A DNA stretch of 64,000 nucleotides from Thermoanaerobaculia bacterium (GCA_963719225.1 CAVRAY010000001.1:1920001-1984000), one strand, 5' to 3'. Positions 28,099 through 41,541 are shown, numbered from the stretch's first letter. Numbers and translations are program-made. Notes: generated from the sequence alone by a model not told the origin.

Positions 28099-28892
28099 CG
28101 TGCCGCGGCTCCCGCGACGGCCGATACGGCCGCCGGCGGCTCCTTCTCGATCCAGGAGTAGCCCTTCGCCTCCAGCTCCTTTGCGAGGTTCTTGTCGCCG
28201 GATTTCACGATCCTGCCCTCCGAGAGGACGTGGACGAAGTCCGGGATGATGTAGTCGAGCAGGCGCTGGTAGTGCGTGATGACGAGCATCCCGCGCGCGC
28301 CGTCGCGGAGCGCGTTCACGCCCGAGGCCGCCACGCGCAGGGCGTCGATGTCGAGACCCGAGTCCGTCTCGTCGAGGATCGCGAGCTTCGGGTCGAGGAC
28401 CGCCATCTGGAGGACCTCGTTGCGCTTCTTCTCGCCGCCGGAGAAGCCCTCGTTCACGGAACGGTTGAGGAGCGCTTCCTCCATCTTCACCGTCTTCGCT
28501 TTTTCGTCGAGGAGCGCGAGGAAGTCGATCGCGTCGAGCTCCGGCTGGCCGCGGTGCTTGCGCACGGTGTTGACGGCCGTACGCAGGAAGTACGTGTTCG
28601 AGACGCCCGGGATCTCCACCGGATACTGGAACGCGAGGAAGATGCCTTCGCGCGCGCGCATCTCGGCCGGCATCGCGAGAAGGTCCATGCCCAGAAAGAG
28701 GGCCGAGCCCTGCGTCACGACGTAGCCGGGGCGTCCCGCCAGGACGTGCGCGAGCGTGCTCTTGCCCGATCCGTTCGGGCCCATGACCGCGTGCACTTCG
28801 CCGGGGCGGATGACGAGTTCGATGCCCTTGAGGATCTCGTGCCCGTCCTCCTCGATGGAGGCGTGAAGATTCGTGACTTCGAGAAGATTCAT
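28095..28892 (-). CDS. sufC: Fe-S assembly ATPase SufC
   Basis: [39 protein letters not shown] 28892. Confidence 0.95.
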   Translation of the reverse strand: MNLLEVTNLHASIEEDGHEILKGIELVIRPGEVHAVMGPNGSGKSTLAHVLAGRPGYVVTQGSALFLGMDLLAMPAEMRAREGIFLAFQYPVEIPGVSNTYFLRTAVNTVRKHRGQPELDAIDFLALLDEKAKTVKMEEALLNRSVNEGFSGGEKKRNEVLQMAVLDPKLAILDETDSGLDIDALRVAASGVNALRDGARGMLVITHYQRLLDYIIPDFVHVLSEGRIVKSGDKNLAKELEAKGYSWIEKEPPAAVSAVAGAAAR

Positions 28893-30334
28893 CCGACTGA
28901 TCCTTCGAGCGAAACGCCCAGCAGTTTCTGCGCTTCCACCGCGAACTCCATCGGGAGCTCCTTGAGCACGCGCTTGGCGAAGCCGTTGACGATGAGCGAG
29001 ACGGCGTCCTCCGCCGAGAGGCCGCGCTGGCGGCAGTAGAAGAGCTGGTCCTCGCCGATCTTCGACGTGGACGCCTCGTGCTCGAGCGTGGCCGAGCTGT
29101 TCTTGACCTCGATGTAGGGGAACGTGTGCGCGCCGCACTGGTCTCCGATCAGGAGCGAGTCGCACTGCGAGTAATTCCGCGCGCCCTGGGCGTTCTTCAT
29201 GATCGTGACGGCGCCGCGATACGTGTTCTGCCCGTGGCCCGCCGAGATTCCCTTCGACACGATCGTGGAGCGCGTGTTCTTCCCGATGTGGATCATCTTC
29301 GTGCCCGTGTCGGCCTGCTGGTAGTTGTTCGTGAGAGCGACCGAGTAGAACTCGCCGACCGAGTTGTCGCCCAGGAGGATGCAGCTCGGGTACTTCCACG
29401 TGATGGCCGAGCCCGTCTCGACCTGGGTCCACGAGATGCGCGAGTTCCGGCCGGCGCATTTCCCGCGCTTCGTCACGAAGTTGTAGATGCCGCCCTTGCC
29501 CTCGCGGTCGCCCGGGTACCAGTTCTGCACGGTCGAGTACTTGATCTGGGCGTCGTCCAGCGCCACGAGCTCGACGACCGCCGCGTGTAGCTGGTTCGTG
29601 TCGCGCTTCGGCGCGGTGCATCCCTCCAGGTACGACACGACCGCCCCCTGCTCGGCGACGATGAGCGTCCTCTCGAACTGGCCCGTGTCGGCCTGGTTGA
29701 TCCGGAAGTACGTGGAGAGCTCCATCGGGCAGCGCACCCCCTTCGGAATGAAGCAGAACGAGCCGTCCGAGAAGACCGCCGAGTTCAGCGCCGCGAAGAA
29801 GTTGTCGCTCGAGGGCACGACGCTGCCGAGGTACTTCTTCACGAGGTCGGGGTGCTCGCGCACGGCCTCCGAGAACGAGCAGAAGATGATCCCGAGGGAC
29901 GCGAGCTTCTCCTTGAACGTCGTCGCGACGGAAACGCTGTCGATGACGGCGTCCACGGCGACGCCCGCGAGGATCTCGCGCTCCTTCAGCGGGACGCCGA
30001 GCTTCTCGTACATGGCGAGGAGCTCGGGCTCGACTTCCGCGAGGCTCTTCGGGGCGCCTTCCGCACTGGACTTCGGCGCGGCGTAGTAGACGATCTTCTG
30101 GTAGTCGATCGGCGGGTACGTCACGCGCGCCCACTTGGGCTCCGTCATCGTGAGCCAGTGCCGGTAGGCCTTGAGGCGCCAGTCGAGGAGCCACTCGGGC
30201 TCTCCCTTCTTCCCGGAGATGAGCCGCACGACGTCCTCGGAAAGGCCCGCCGGGATGGCGTCCGTGGCGATGTCCGTCACGAAGCCGTGCGGGTATTCCT
30301 GCTGCGTCAGCCGGTCGAGAACGGCGTCGCTCAT
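28889..30334 (-). CDS. sufB: Fe-S assembly protein SufB
   Basis: [37 protein letters not shown] 30334. Confidence 0.96.
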   Translation of the reverse strand: MSDAVLDRLTQQEYPHGFVTDIATDAIPAGLSEDVVRLISGKKGEPEWLLDWRLKAYRHWLTMTEPKWARVTYPPIDYQKIVYYAAPKSSAEGAPKSLAEVEPELLAMYEKLGVPLKEREILAGVAVDAVIDSVSVATTFKEKLASLGIIFCSFSEAVREHPDLVKKYLGSVVPSSDNFFAALNSAVFSDGSFCFIPKGVRCPMELSTYFRINQADTGQFERTLIVAEQGAVVSYLEGCTAPKRDTNQLHAAVVELVALDDAQIKYSTVQNWYPGDREGKGGIYNFVTKRGKCAGRNSRISWTQVETGSAITWKYPSCILLGDNSVGEFYSVALTNNYQQADTGTKMIHIGKNTRSTIVSKGISAGHGQNTYRGAVTIMKNAQGARNYSQCDSLLIGDQCGAHTFPYIEVKNSSATLEHEASTSKIGEDQLFYCRQRGLSAEDAVSLIVNGFAKRVLKELPMEFAVEAQKLLGVSLEGSVG

Positions 30335-30798
30335 ATCCGCCCCTCCGGAGCCCGGGAGGGAAGCGCGAAGGCGCTCGGCAGGGAGATGCGCCGCGCGAGC
30401 GGGCGCGTCATGTCCGCGAGCGTGAGGCCCTCGAGGGCTCCGCGGATCGTCTCGTTGATGATCTGCCAGTTCGGGCGCGTCGCGCAGAAGCTCTCGTGCT
30501 CGCAGCGCGTCAGGCCGTTGCACTCGGTGATGGCGACGGGTCCCTCGAGCGTCGCGATGATGGAAGAGACGGAGATCTCGCGAGGCGGCTTGGCCAGGAC
30601 GTAGCCGCCCTTCGTTCCGCGCTGCGAGGCGAGAAGACCGCCCTTCGAGAGCTGCTTGAGGAGCTTTCCCACGGTCGGGAGAGGCAGGCGCGTCTCCTGG
30701 GAGAGCTCGCGCGCCGTATGCGCCACCTGGTCGTCGTGCGCCGCGAAGTGCGTCAGCAGCACGATCCCGTAGTCGGTCAGCTTCGTCATCCGGAACAT
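30331..30798 (-). CDS. Rrf2-family SUF system regulator
   Basis: [16 protein letters not shown], three C-terminal Cys (EC..RC..FC). First gene of the suf operon. Confidence 0.9.
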   Translation of the reverse strand: MFRMTKLTDYGIVLLTHFAAHDDQVAHTARELSQETRLPLPTVGKLLKQLSKGGLLASQRGTKGGYVLAKPPREISVSSIIATLEGPVAITECNGLTRCEHESFCATRPNWQIINETIRGALEGLTLADMTRPLARRISLPSAFALPSRAPEGRI

Positions 30799-30819
30799 CG
30801 TTTTTCTCCCCGGCCCGGC

Positions 30820-30866
30820 ATACCGAACCGAATCGGTACGATATGAAATGGGACTGATTTAGTCAA
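30820..30866 (-). promoter_or_regulatory. suf promoter with two palindromic operators
   Basis: Minus-strand TTGACT (30866-30861)-17 nt-TATCGT (30843-30838). Palindromes GACT-GATTT-AGTC (30852-30864) and TACCGA-N6-TCGGTA (30821-30838). Confidence 0.7.
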
Positions 30867-30879
30867 GAGAGAGAATGGA

Positions 30880-31005
30880 GATTGAAGAGAAGATAAGGGA
30901 TTCTCTTAGAAAGGGTTAGTGAGAAGTCGTCTCAATGCCGGGGACGGCACCGTGAGCCGCGAACTAGCTTCAAACCCTCTTACCTTCTAAGAAATCCGAA
31001 TCTCT
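30880..31005. repeat. Inverted pair of TTCTTAGAA motif
   Basis: Purine tract-ATTCTCTTAGAAAGG (30903-30911) and TACCTTCTAAGAAATC (30985-30993). Confidence 0.8.
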
Positions 31006-31826
31006 CGTTCTCCCATTCCGACCGCGAAGGCGCCGTAGCCGACGACCCGGTGCGGGTCGCCGGCCGTGTCCGCCGAAGTCCTGAGGTCGAGGAGCTCCAC
31101 CGGGAGGTCTTTCCGGCGCGCGAGCTCGACGAGGCCACGGAGCGCGAAGATCCCGCACGCGTCCCCCTCGACGAGCGCGCTCGCCTTCCGCGCGACGACG
31201 TTCTCGGCCGTTTGTCTGTCGAGCCGGCGGGCGGTCTCGACGCCGTGGTAGTGGCTGAGGTCCGTGCTCACGAGGACGAGGGTGCCCGCCTCGCCCAGGA
31301 AAGCGTCGATGAGATCGGCCGTCTCCGGAGCCGGCTGCTCCGAGACGGCGACAGGCAGAAAGGTGAATCCTTCGCCGAAAACCCGCTGCAGGAACGGGAG
31401 CTGAACCTCGAGCGAATGCTCGGGGGCGTGCGGCCGGTCGTCGACCGTCGCTCCATGGGCCACGGCCCGTTCGCGAAGCGCGGTATCGACCAGCACCTCA
31501 CCGAGGGGCGTCGCCCATGCGCCCGCTGCGGGAACCGCCGCGCCGCGGACGGCAACGTAGTGGACCGGCCCGAAAGCCACGACGCGCGAGATCGAGGCGG
31601 CCATGCTGCTCAACCAGGCGTACGCCGTCGCCGCGACGGGACCCGAGTAGACGTAGCCCGCGTGCGGGACGACGAGGGCCAGTGGCGGCGGCGCACTTGC
31701 CGGAATGGCCGCTCCCGCGAGCAAATCGTCGACCATCCGCTCCAGCTCGCCGGGCCGTGCCGGATAGAACGTCCCCGCGACGGCGGGCGCCCGAACCCGG
31801 GACGGCGCCGCGGCGCCGAGCCTCAT
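30987..31826 (-). CDS. amrB: AmmeMemoRadiSam system protein B (MEMO1 family)
   Basis: PAVAGTFYP, PHAGYVYSG, EHSLEVQLPFLQ, STDLSHY, VVGYG. Confidence 0.92.
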   Translation of the reverse strand: MRLGAAAPSRVRAPAVAGTFYPARPGELERMVDDLLAGAAIPASAPPPLALVVPHAGYVYSGPVAATAYAWLSSMAASISRVVAFGPVHYVAVRGAAVPAAGAWATPLGEVLVDTALRERAVAHGATVDDRPHAPEHSLEVQLPFLQRVFGEGFTFLPVAVSEQPAPETADLIDAFLGEAGTLVLVSTDLSHYHGVETARRLDRQTAENVVARKASALVEGDACGIFALRGLVELARRKDLPVELLDLRTSADTAGDPHRVVGYGAFAVGMGEREIRIS

Positions 31827-32938
31827 CTCGCCGCCAAGTGGACCGGAAGGCGGCGGGGACCCCAGGAACCGGGGATTTCTTCGAAGGTTCCCGGGCAGGC
31901 TGCTCCGCAGGAGCAACACAGACCTCCCTTGGTGAGGGACCATTCGAAGATCTGGTAGCCGTCGCGTCCTATGAGGCGCGTGCCGCATTGCGGGCAGGTC
32001 GTACTCTGTCCTTCTGGATCATGAACATTCCCCGTGTAGACGTAGCGGAGGCCGTTCTTCCGCGCGATCTCACGCGCACGCGTGAGCGTGGCGGGGGGCG
32101 TCGCGGGCCGGTCTCGCATCTTCCAGTCCGGATGAAACGCGGTGAAGTGGAGAGGGACGTCCGGGCCGAGGTGGTCCCTTATCCAGAGCGTCATGGCGTC
32201 GATCTCTTCGTCCGAGTCGTTGAGGCCCGGGATGAGGAGGGTCGTGATCTCGGTCCAGACGCTTGTCTCCTTCACGAGGTACTCGAGCGTCTCGAGAACC
32301 GGCGCGAGGTGCGCCCCGCAGACCTTCTGGTAGAAGTCCGCCGTGAACGCCTTGAGGTCGACGTTGGCGGCGTCCATGTACGTGTACATCTCGGCACGCG
32401 GCGCCGGGGACATGTAGCCCGCGGTCACGGCGACGGACTTGATGCCCCGTTCGCGGCACGCCTGGGCCACGTCGATGGCGTACTCCATGAAGACGACGGG
32501 GTCGTTGTACGTGAAGGCCACGCTCCGGCAGCCGAGCGACGCGGCGGAGTCGGCGATGCGCCCGGGGGACGCGGAATCCGCGAGCGTGTCGACCTGCCGG
32601 GACTTCGAGATGTCCCAGTTCTGGCAGAACCGGCACGCCAGGTTGCAGCCGGCCGTGCCGAACGAGAGGACGGACGAGCCCGGAAAGAAATGGTTCAGGG
32701 GCTTCTTCTCGATGGGGTCGACGCAGAATCCGCTGCTCCGGCCGTAGCTCGTGAGGACGATCGCGTCTCCCTGGCGCCCGCGCACGAAGCAGTGGCCGAG
32801 CTGGCCCTCTTTCAGTCGGCACTCCTTCGGGCAGACGTCGCACTGAATGCGACCGTCGTCGACGGCGTGCCAGTAGTGGGTTGGGTGGCCGACACCCGTG
32901 AGGGTTTCCAGGGACGTTCCTCGCTCCCCATGATGCAC
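31823..32938 (-). CDS. amrS: AmmeMemoRadiSam system radical SAM enzyme
   Basis: DPIEKKPLNHF, GCNLACRFCQNW, AFTYNDP, FHPDWKM, YVYTGN. Start codon uncertain (GTG 32938 or slightly downstream). Confidence 0.92.
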   Translation of the reverse strand: MHHGERGTSLETLTGVGHPTHYWHAVDDGRIQCDVCPKECRLKEGQLGHCFVRGRQGDAIVLTSYGRSSGFCVDPIEKKPLNHFFPGSSVLSFGTAGCNLACRFCQNWDISKSRQVDTLADSASPGRIADSAASLGCRSVAFTYNDPVVFMEYAIDVAQACRERGIKSVAVTAGYMSPAPRAEMYTYMDAANVDLKAFTADFYQKVCGAHLAPVLETLEYLVKETSVWTEITTLLIPGLNDSDEEIDAMTLWIRDHLGPDVPLHFTAFHPDWKMRDRPATPPATLTRAREIARKNGLRYVYTGNVHDPEGQSTTCPQCGTRLIGRDGYQIFEWSLTKGGLCCSCGAACPGTFEEIPGSWGPRRLPVHLAAR

Positions 32939-33077
32939 CCGCCGCGCGCCGGAGGCGAGGGGCACCGTGAACCGAAGACGAGGATTTCTTCGAAGGCTCG
33001 TGAGCGCTTCTCGATGCCGGCCTCGACGCACCGCGCCGGTAGCCGTCGCCTTCGGTACATGTTGTCGATCGCCACGC

Positions 33078-33416
33078 TCAGCCGCCCAGGATTTCGTTCA
33101 ACCCTTCGAGGACCTGCTCGAGCTCGTCCGGCGTGGCGCGCGCCAGGCGCTTCCCGAGCCTCTCCGTCGAGAGGGTCCGCAGCTGGCCGATCTTGACCCA
33201 GGACTTCTTCGGGAGCTTCGGGTCCGAAAGGGGAAGCGTGAGGGGGAATCCGGCCCGCGGCGCCTGACCCGTGAGCGCAACCGCGATGACGGTTCCGGAG
33301 TTTCGGTTGAAGACGTCGGCGCTCAAGATGAGTACCGGACGGAGACCCGCCTGCTCGCTGCCACGGACCGGGTTCAGGTCCGCCCAGACGATGTCCCCTC
33401 TCAGTAGGGCGGCCAT
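33078..33416 (-). CDS. mazF: Type II toxin, PemK/MazF family endoribonuclease
   Basis: RGDIVWADLNPVRGSEQAG.RPVLILS..FN, QLRTLS.ERL. Confidence 0.9.
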   Translation of the reverse strand: MAALLRGDIVWADLNPVRGSEQAGLRPVLILSADVFNRNSGTVIAVALTGQAPRAGFPLTLPLSDPKLPKKSWVKIGQLRTLSTERLGKRLARATPDELEQVLEGLNEILGG

Positions 33417-33640
33417 TCGGCGACCGGTTCCAGACCTTCCTCTGCGAGAGCACGCTCGACGCGGCGATCCAGCTTCGCGCACTCGCGTGCGAGGCGAGTG
33501 CCGTCGATCCGGCCGAGCTTGTCCTCGATGGAGTCCTGCACGAACCGGCTCCGGCTCGGGAACATGCCCCGACGAACGAGCCGGTCGACCTGTGTCAGCG
33601 TTCGCCGGTCCAGCGAGACGGCGACCTTCGCGGTTCTCAT
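33401..33640 (-). CDS. Ribbon-helix-helix (CopG-like) antitoxin
   Basis: KVAVSLD..VDRLV..FPSRSRF, overlaps the toxin start. Confidence 0.85.
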   Translation of the reverse strand: MRTAKVAVSLDRRTLTQVDRLVRRGMFPSRSRFVQDSIEDKLGRIDGTRLARECAKLDRRVERALAEEGLEPVAEWPPY

Positions 33641-33676
33641 GGGTATGACTCTAAGTCATACCCATGGATTCGTCAA
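33638..33676 (-). promoter_or_regulatory. TA promoter and operator palindrome
   Basis: Perfect 13-bp inverted repeat CATGGGTATGACT-cta-AGTCATACCCATG (33638-33666). Minus-strand TTGACG-17 nt-TAGAGT, then 7 nt to the ATG. Confidence 0.8.
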
Positions 33677-33707
33677 ACGTCAATGCCGTCACTTCGAGAG
33701 GGACCCA

Positions 33708-34755
33708 TCAGTAGCCTTCGCCCTCGGGGGCCGCGTTTGACTTGCCTCGGTGAAGCCGTAACACGACGACGAGATAGAAAAGGGCGAGCGGCAGGCCCGG
33801 AATGAGCCATCGGAGAGCCGTTCTCAGACCCGCCGAATCGCCGCCGGAGTTGAAAGCCGTCAGGGAGAGCGCGGGATCCGGAATCGCGCGCAGCATGACC
33901 GGGAAGACGCACGCCGCGGTGGCTGTCGAGAGCCCGGCGAGAAACGCCGAGGAGCCCATGAACGTCGCCAGGTCGCGATCCCGAGCGAGTCCCCGGAAGA
34001 CACCGAAGAGCCCCGCGACCGCGATGGCCGCGAGGAAGATCGCGAGAGGGCGGGAGACCAGCGCCTCGAGAAGCTCCCTGTTCTCGCGCCACGTCGCGGC
34101 CGTCACGACGAGCCAGAGCACCGTCATGGCGACGAAAAGACGTCGTGCCGCCGCGCGGCTTCTCTCCCGAACCGGTCCGGAGGTCTTCCAGGAAAGGAAC
34201 GCCGCGCCGTGTGCCGCGAGCGCGACGAGCGCGAAAACGCCCACGAGGCAGGTGTACCAGTCGAGAATTCCGACCGGAGAGCGTGCGCTGAAGTCGGTGA
34301 AGAGCGTGAGCTCGAACCAGCCGTCGGCCGTGAGCGGGACGCCGCGGATCAGATTGCCGAGAGCAGCCCCGAAGAACACGGGCAGGAGAGTGCTCGCGAG
34401 CGCGAAGAAGAAATCCCAGGAAAGGCGCCAGACGGGATCCTGAACGTGGCTCCGGAACTCGATCGCGATGCCTCGGAGGATGAGACACCAAAGGACGAGA
34501 AAGATCGCGAAGTAGAAGCCTGATATTCCGCCCGAGAGGACTCGCGGAAACGCCACGAAAAGGATGCCGCCGGCGGCCAGCAGCCAGACTTCGTTGCCGT
34601 CCCAGTACGGGCCCGATCGCCGCGAGGACCTGGCGGCGCTCGGAGTCTTTGCGGGCCACGATCAGGTGGAGCGCGCCGGCACCGAGGTCGAAGCCGTCCA
34701 GAACGACGTATGCGGTCAGCATGAAGACGGCGACGGCGTACCAGAGCTCAAACAT
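33708..34755 (-). pseudogene. cydB: Cytochrome bd oxidase subunit II, frameshifted
   Basis: VLDGFDLGAG..AIGP is in one frame and YWDGNEVWL..RGIAIEFR continues in another. One extra base in GGGCCCG near 34610. Confidence 0.85.
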
Positions 34756-35359
34756 GGACGGCCTCGGAGGCGGGCACGGGCCCGTGCTCGATCTCTCGCG
34801 TCAGAAGGAAGAGGAAGAGCACGCCGAGGGCGAGAAGGACGAAGGCCCCGAAGTCGGCGAGATGGAGCGTGCCGTCGGGGGCGACCGCGAACCCCGCCGG
34901 ATGCTGGAGAAACGCGTTCGTCGCGACGATGAAATAGCCGGAGAGCCAGCTTCCGAAAAAGAGCGCCACCGCGGCGAGAAAATGTCCGCTCTTTCCCAAG
35001 CGTTTCTCCCCCCAGACGAGAAGGGAAAGAAAGCTCGACTCGAGGAAGAACGCGAAGAGCCCCTCCATCGCCAGCGTGTGGCCGACGACGTTGCCCGCGA
35101 AACGCGAGAACCGCGCCCAGTTCGTCCCGAACTGGAACTCCATGGGAATTCCGGTCACGACTCCCATCGCGAAGTTGAGCCCGAAGATCCGGATCCAGAA
35201 GCGCGCGGCGTCATTCCACCTCTCGCCGCTCGAACGGAGACCGAGCGCCTTCATGACGACGATGAGGAACGCGAGCCCCATCGTCAGAACGGGAAAGAGA
35301 TAGTGATAGACGATCGTGAAGGCGAACTGGAGGCGGTGGAGGAAGAGCGGATCGCTCAT
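34748..35359 (-). pseudogene. cydA: Cytochrome bd oxidase subunit I with large in-frame internal deletion
   Basis: RLQFAFT..YHYLF, GVVTGIPMEFQFGTNW and FFLESSF are present, then the sequence jumps to the terminal helix (REIEHGP). Only 203 aa, no Q-loop or GRQPW motif. Confidence 0.85.
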
Positions 35360-35380
35360 GCTGCGGTGTGAGGCCGCCGG

Positions 35381-38269
<2,889 letters not shown>

Positions 38270-38370
38270 GCGGGCATCTCCTTATGACTTCAGGAATCTA
38301 CTCCGATACGCGGCCCGGCGCTTCGAAGTTTCGGAACGCGAGCGTATCGTGAAAGGGGAGCGGAGCTCGG

Positions 38371-39396
38371 ATGGACCGTCTCGACGACGCGCTCGAAATT
38401 CTGGACGGAGCCGGACCCGAGTACGGCGGCGGCCTCTCGAATCACGGCCCGATGGCGGCCGAGGCTCTCTTCGCGCTCGAACAGCCCGGCGCGGTCGTCC
38501 CCTGGACCGAACGCTACCGCAGGAAGCTGGGGGAGGAGCCCGCGCCCGGCAGGCCGGTGGAACGTGGTGCGATCCGCGACGCGCTCGGACAGATGAGGAG
38601 GTACCCCGACTGGCTCGCTCTTTTCCTGGAGGAGTTCCACGAGGGTCCGTGGAAACCGGCTCTGGACCGGTGGGTATACGAGCTCGCGCCGGGATTCGCG
38701 GGTGCTGCCGCGCACGGCGTCATCCGGGTCGGGCACGCGGCGCGCTCTCTCGCCCGGCACGACACAACGGGGAGGCGCAAGGAGCTCGCGCGAGGGTTCG
38801 CGTACTGGGCGGCGACCCATCAGACTCTGCCCACCAACGAAAGCTGGACGGCCCACCTCGCGCCCGATCAGGCGCTGGCACGCGTGCCGCGTGTGCCCGA
38901 CGACGTCCGGCGCACGGGGTCGATCGCGCAGGGCCTGAAGCTCGTCGCGACCCTGCCGGATTTCCCGGGTGCCATCTCGCTCGTCGACACAGGTCCGCCC
39001 GAGTCGTTCGTGCCCGCGGTCGGGGAGACCTTCGCCCGCGCCTTCCTCGCGGGAACAGCGCCCTCGGGGGAGGGGACGATCGCGCTCATCCACGCCGTGA
39101 CCGGCCCGGCCGCCGCGGGCCTTCTCGTGCCGCACGTGTCTCCGCGGACGGCGGCGCGACTGCTGGCCTGCGCATGGCAGGCGGGAGCGGCGATTTACGC
39201 CGTGTTCGGAAAGCCGCTTGGGCCGGGCGCGGTGGGAACGCCGCACGCGACGCCAGAGGAGTTGATCGCCGGCGCCGTGAAAAGCGGCGACGAGCATGCG
39301 ATCAAGTTCACGGAAGCGTGCCTGCGTCTCGACGCGGCGGCGCCGTCGCCTGCGTTCCGCGCAGCGGCGTCGCGGGCGATCGAGCTGCTTTCGTAA
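38371..39396 (+). CDS. Questin oxidase-like (DUF4243) protein
   Basis: LSNHGPMAAEAL, HGVIRVGHA, IHAVTG, GDEHAIKF. Confidence 0.75.
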   Translation: MDRLDDALEILDGAGPEYGGGLSNHGPMAAEALFALEQPGAVVPWTERYRRKLGEEPAPGRPVERGAIRDALGQMRRYPDWLALFLEEFHEGPWKPALDRWVYELAPGFAGAAAHGVIRVGHAARSLARHDTTGRRKELARGFAYWAATHQTLPTNESWTAHLAPDQALARVPRVPDDVRRTGSIAQGLKLVATLPDFPGAISLVDTGPPESFVPAVGETFARAFLAGTAPSGEGTIALIHAVTGPAAAGLLVPHVSPRTAARLLACAWQAGAAIYAVFGKPLGPGAVGTPHATPEELIAGAVKSGDEHAIKFTEACLRLDAAAPSPAFRAAASRAIELLS

Positions 39397-39412
39397 GCCC
39401 TAGAATCGCGAC

Positions 39413-40606
39413 GTGAACGACATGGGCCTCCCGGCATACGAGCGCGAGCCATACCGCACGACTCTCGACGCGTCGATCCTCGAAGTGCGCGACGACGCGG
39501 GAAAGCCCTACGCCGTTCTCGACGACACGATCCTCTTTCCCGAGGGCGGCGGCCAGCCGCCGGATCACGGCCTGGTGAACGATGTTTCGGTTCTCGACGT
39601 GCAGAAGGCCGAAGGCGAGATCCGGCACTACCTCGCCGCGCCCGTGACACCGGGACCCGCGCGCGTCCAGCTGGACTGGGAGCGCCGCTTCGACCACATG
39701 CAGCAGCACACGGGACAGCATCTTCTCTCCGCTCTCGCGCAGGACCGCTTCGGCTGGCTGACGACGGCATTTCATCTCGGCCAGGAGGTCTCGGACGTGG
39801 AGCTCGACGCGCGCGGCCTTTCGGCCGCCGGCCTCACGGCGCTCGAGGACGCGGTCGCCGCCGAGATCCGCGCGGCCCACCCGGTCCACCCGCGGCGCGT
39901 CTCGTTCGAGGAGTTCCGCGCGCTGCCCGTCAGGACCCGCGGACTCCCCGAGGACCACAAAGGCGACGTGCGCCTCGTCGCGATCGAGGGCGTCGATCTC
40001 AATACGTGCGGCGGGACTCACCTCTCGAACACCGCCGAGATCGAGGCGATCGCTCTTCTCTCGACGGAGCCCCTGCGCGGAGGAACGCGTCTTTTCTTCG
40101 TGGCCGGCCGGCGTGCGCGCAGGAGGCTCTCAGGCCACGAGGAGCGGAACGCGGCCCTGAGGGCGCTGCTCGGCGCCCCGGACGCGGGCCTCGCGGCCGC
40201 AGCGAAGGCGAAGCTCGACCAGCTGGCGGAGGCGCAGCGTGCGCTCCGGCGCGCCGACGAGGACCTGGCCGCCGCTGCCACGGCGGCCGCGCTGGCCTCG
40301 GGTGAGCGTGTCGTCTACGCGCACTTCGAAGGGCGGGACATGGCCTTCGTCCAGGCGGTCGCGAGGCGCTTCTCGGAAAAGGCCGGGGCGCGCGCGGCGT
40401 TCCTCACCGCGACGCGCGACGGGCAGCACGTCTTCGCGCTGGGAGCCGGCGAGGGCTTCGGCGACCCGCAGAAGCTGGGCCGCGAGATCGCATCGCGGGT
40501 CGGCGGAAAGGGCGGAGGCGCGGGCCGCGTCTTCCAGGGCAAGGCGCCCGGCCCGTTCGAGGCGGACCGGGCTCTCGCGTGCCTGAAAGGGAGCTCGAGC
40601 TCGTGA
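39413..40606 (+). CDS. Alanyl-tRNA editing protein (AlaX, long form with DHHA1 domain)
   Basis: FPEGGGQP.D, HMQQHTGQH, CGGTH, C-terminal GGKGGG. Confidence 0.9.
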   Translation: MNDMGLPAYEREPYRTTLDASILEVRDDAGKPYAVLDDTILFPEGGGQPPDHGLVNDVSVLDVQKAEGEIRHYLAAPVTPGPARVQLDWERRFDHMQQHTGQHLLSALAQDRFGWLTTAFHLGQEVSDVELDARGLSAAGLTALEDAVAAEIRAAHPVHPRRVSFEEFRALPVRTRGLPEDHKGDVRLVAIEGVDLNTCGGTHLSNTAEIEAIALLSTEPLRGGTRLFFVAGRRARRRLSGHEERNAALRALLGAPDAGLAAAAKAKLDQLAEAQRALRRADEDLAAAATAAALASGERVVYAHFEGRDMAFVQAVARRFSEKAGARAAFLTATRDGQHVFALGAGEGFGDPQKLGREIASRVGGKGGGAGRVFQGKAPGPFEADRALACLKGSSSS

Positions 40607-41521
40607 TCAACGGGGCTCGGGGCAGAACTCCTCGAAGCCGCGAGCGTGATCCCGGCGTGCGAGCCGCGAAGGGTCCGGGTCGCGCGGCAGGACGCCGAGC
40701 GCGATGAGCTGCGGCCGAAACTCGTAGCGCAGGCGCACGAGGGCGGCGGGTTCGCTCTCGAGCTCGAGGTCGACCTGCGTCACGCCGAACTGGGTTCTCC
40801 GACCCATGCCCGTCGCGGCGTACTCGTCCGAGAGCTTCGGGGAGGGAACGGGAGAAGTCGAAAGAGATTTCTGCGAGTGGTCCCGGGCCGTGCCGGACGG
40901 CTCGTTCTGCGCGATCCGGCCTTCGGCTTCGCCACCGTCCGATGAGGACCTTTTCTTCGAAAGGTCGCGATCGTCGCCGCGGCCGTCCGCCGCCGGCGCC
41001 GCGGCGGACGAGTCCGTATTCTCATTCGAAGGAATCCTCTCTCTTCTGCGGTCTTCTTCCTTCCACCACCTCTGGACGCGGTAGGGGAGTCTCTCGCGGA
41101 AGAACACCGCCTCGATGACGCCCAGGTCCTGGGTCTTCCCGAGCGCCGCGCCGTAAGAGCCGCGTTCACCCGTGAAGACGAACCTGCGGGAGGCCGCGTT
41201 CGAGACCTGCCAGCCCGGGATGATCACGGTTTCGTATGGCGCGAGGACCCATTTGCGCGCGTCCCGGGCCGTCGTGTGCCGGGAGTCGAGCGTGTTGAGG
41301 CCGTCCACCGAGAGCGCCACGGCGACGCGCGTTCCCGTCGGGTTCGAAAGGCGCAGGGCGTAATCGTGGCCGCGAAGCGCCTCGACGTAGACGGTGCCCC
41401 GCGAGGCGAACTCGGGGCGTTCGCGGCCGTCCACGAGGACGTCGAGGCCGAAGCCGAACGAAGAGGAAGCGTTCGCGGCCCCGGCGGTGAGGAGGAGTGC
41501 CGCGAGAATCTGGTGGCGCAT
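40607..41521 (-). CDS. Conserved hypothetical secreted protein
   Basis: Signal peptide, LSVDGLN, IPGWQ..RRFVFT, LGVIEAVFFRE, low-complexity linker. SD GGAG upstream. Confidence 0.7.
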   Translation of the reverse strand: MRHQILAALLLTAGAANASSSFGFGLDVLVDGRERPEFASRGTVYVEALRGHDYALRLSNPTGTRVAVALSVDGLNTLDSRHTTARDARKWVLAPYETVIIPGWQVSNAASRRFVFTGERGSYGAALGKTQDLGVIEAVFFRERLPYRVQRWWKEEDRRRERIPSNENTDSSAAAPAADGRGDDRDLSKKRSSSDGGEAEGRIAQNEPSGTARDHSQKSLSTSPVPSPKLSDEYAATGMGRRTQFGVTQVDLELESEPAALVRLRYEFRPQLIALGVLPRDPDPSRLARRDHARGFEEFCPEPR

Positions 41522-41541
41522 CGGAATCTCCCTTCGAGGAA

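Noticed and set aside
34600-34620. Programmed frameshift in cydB
   Set aside because: There is no recognisable slippery heptamer and cydA is also broken, so mutation or sequencing error is more likely.
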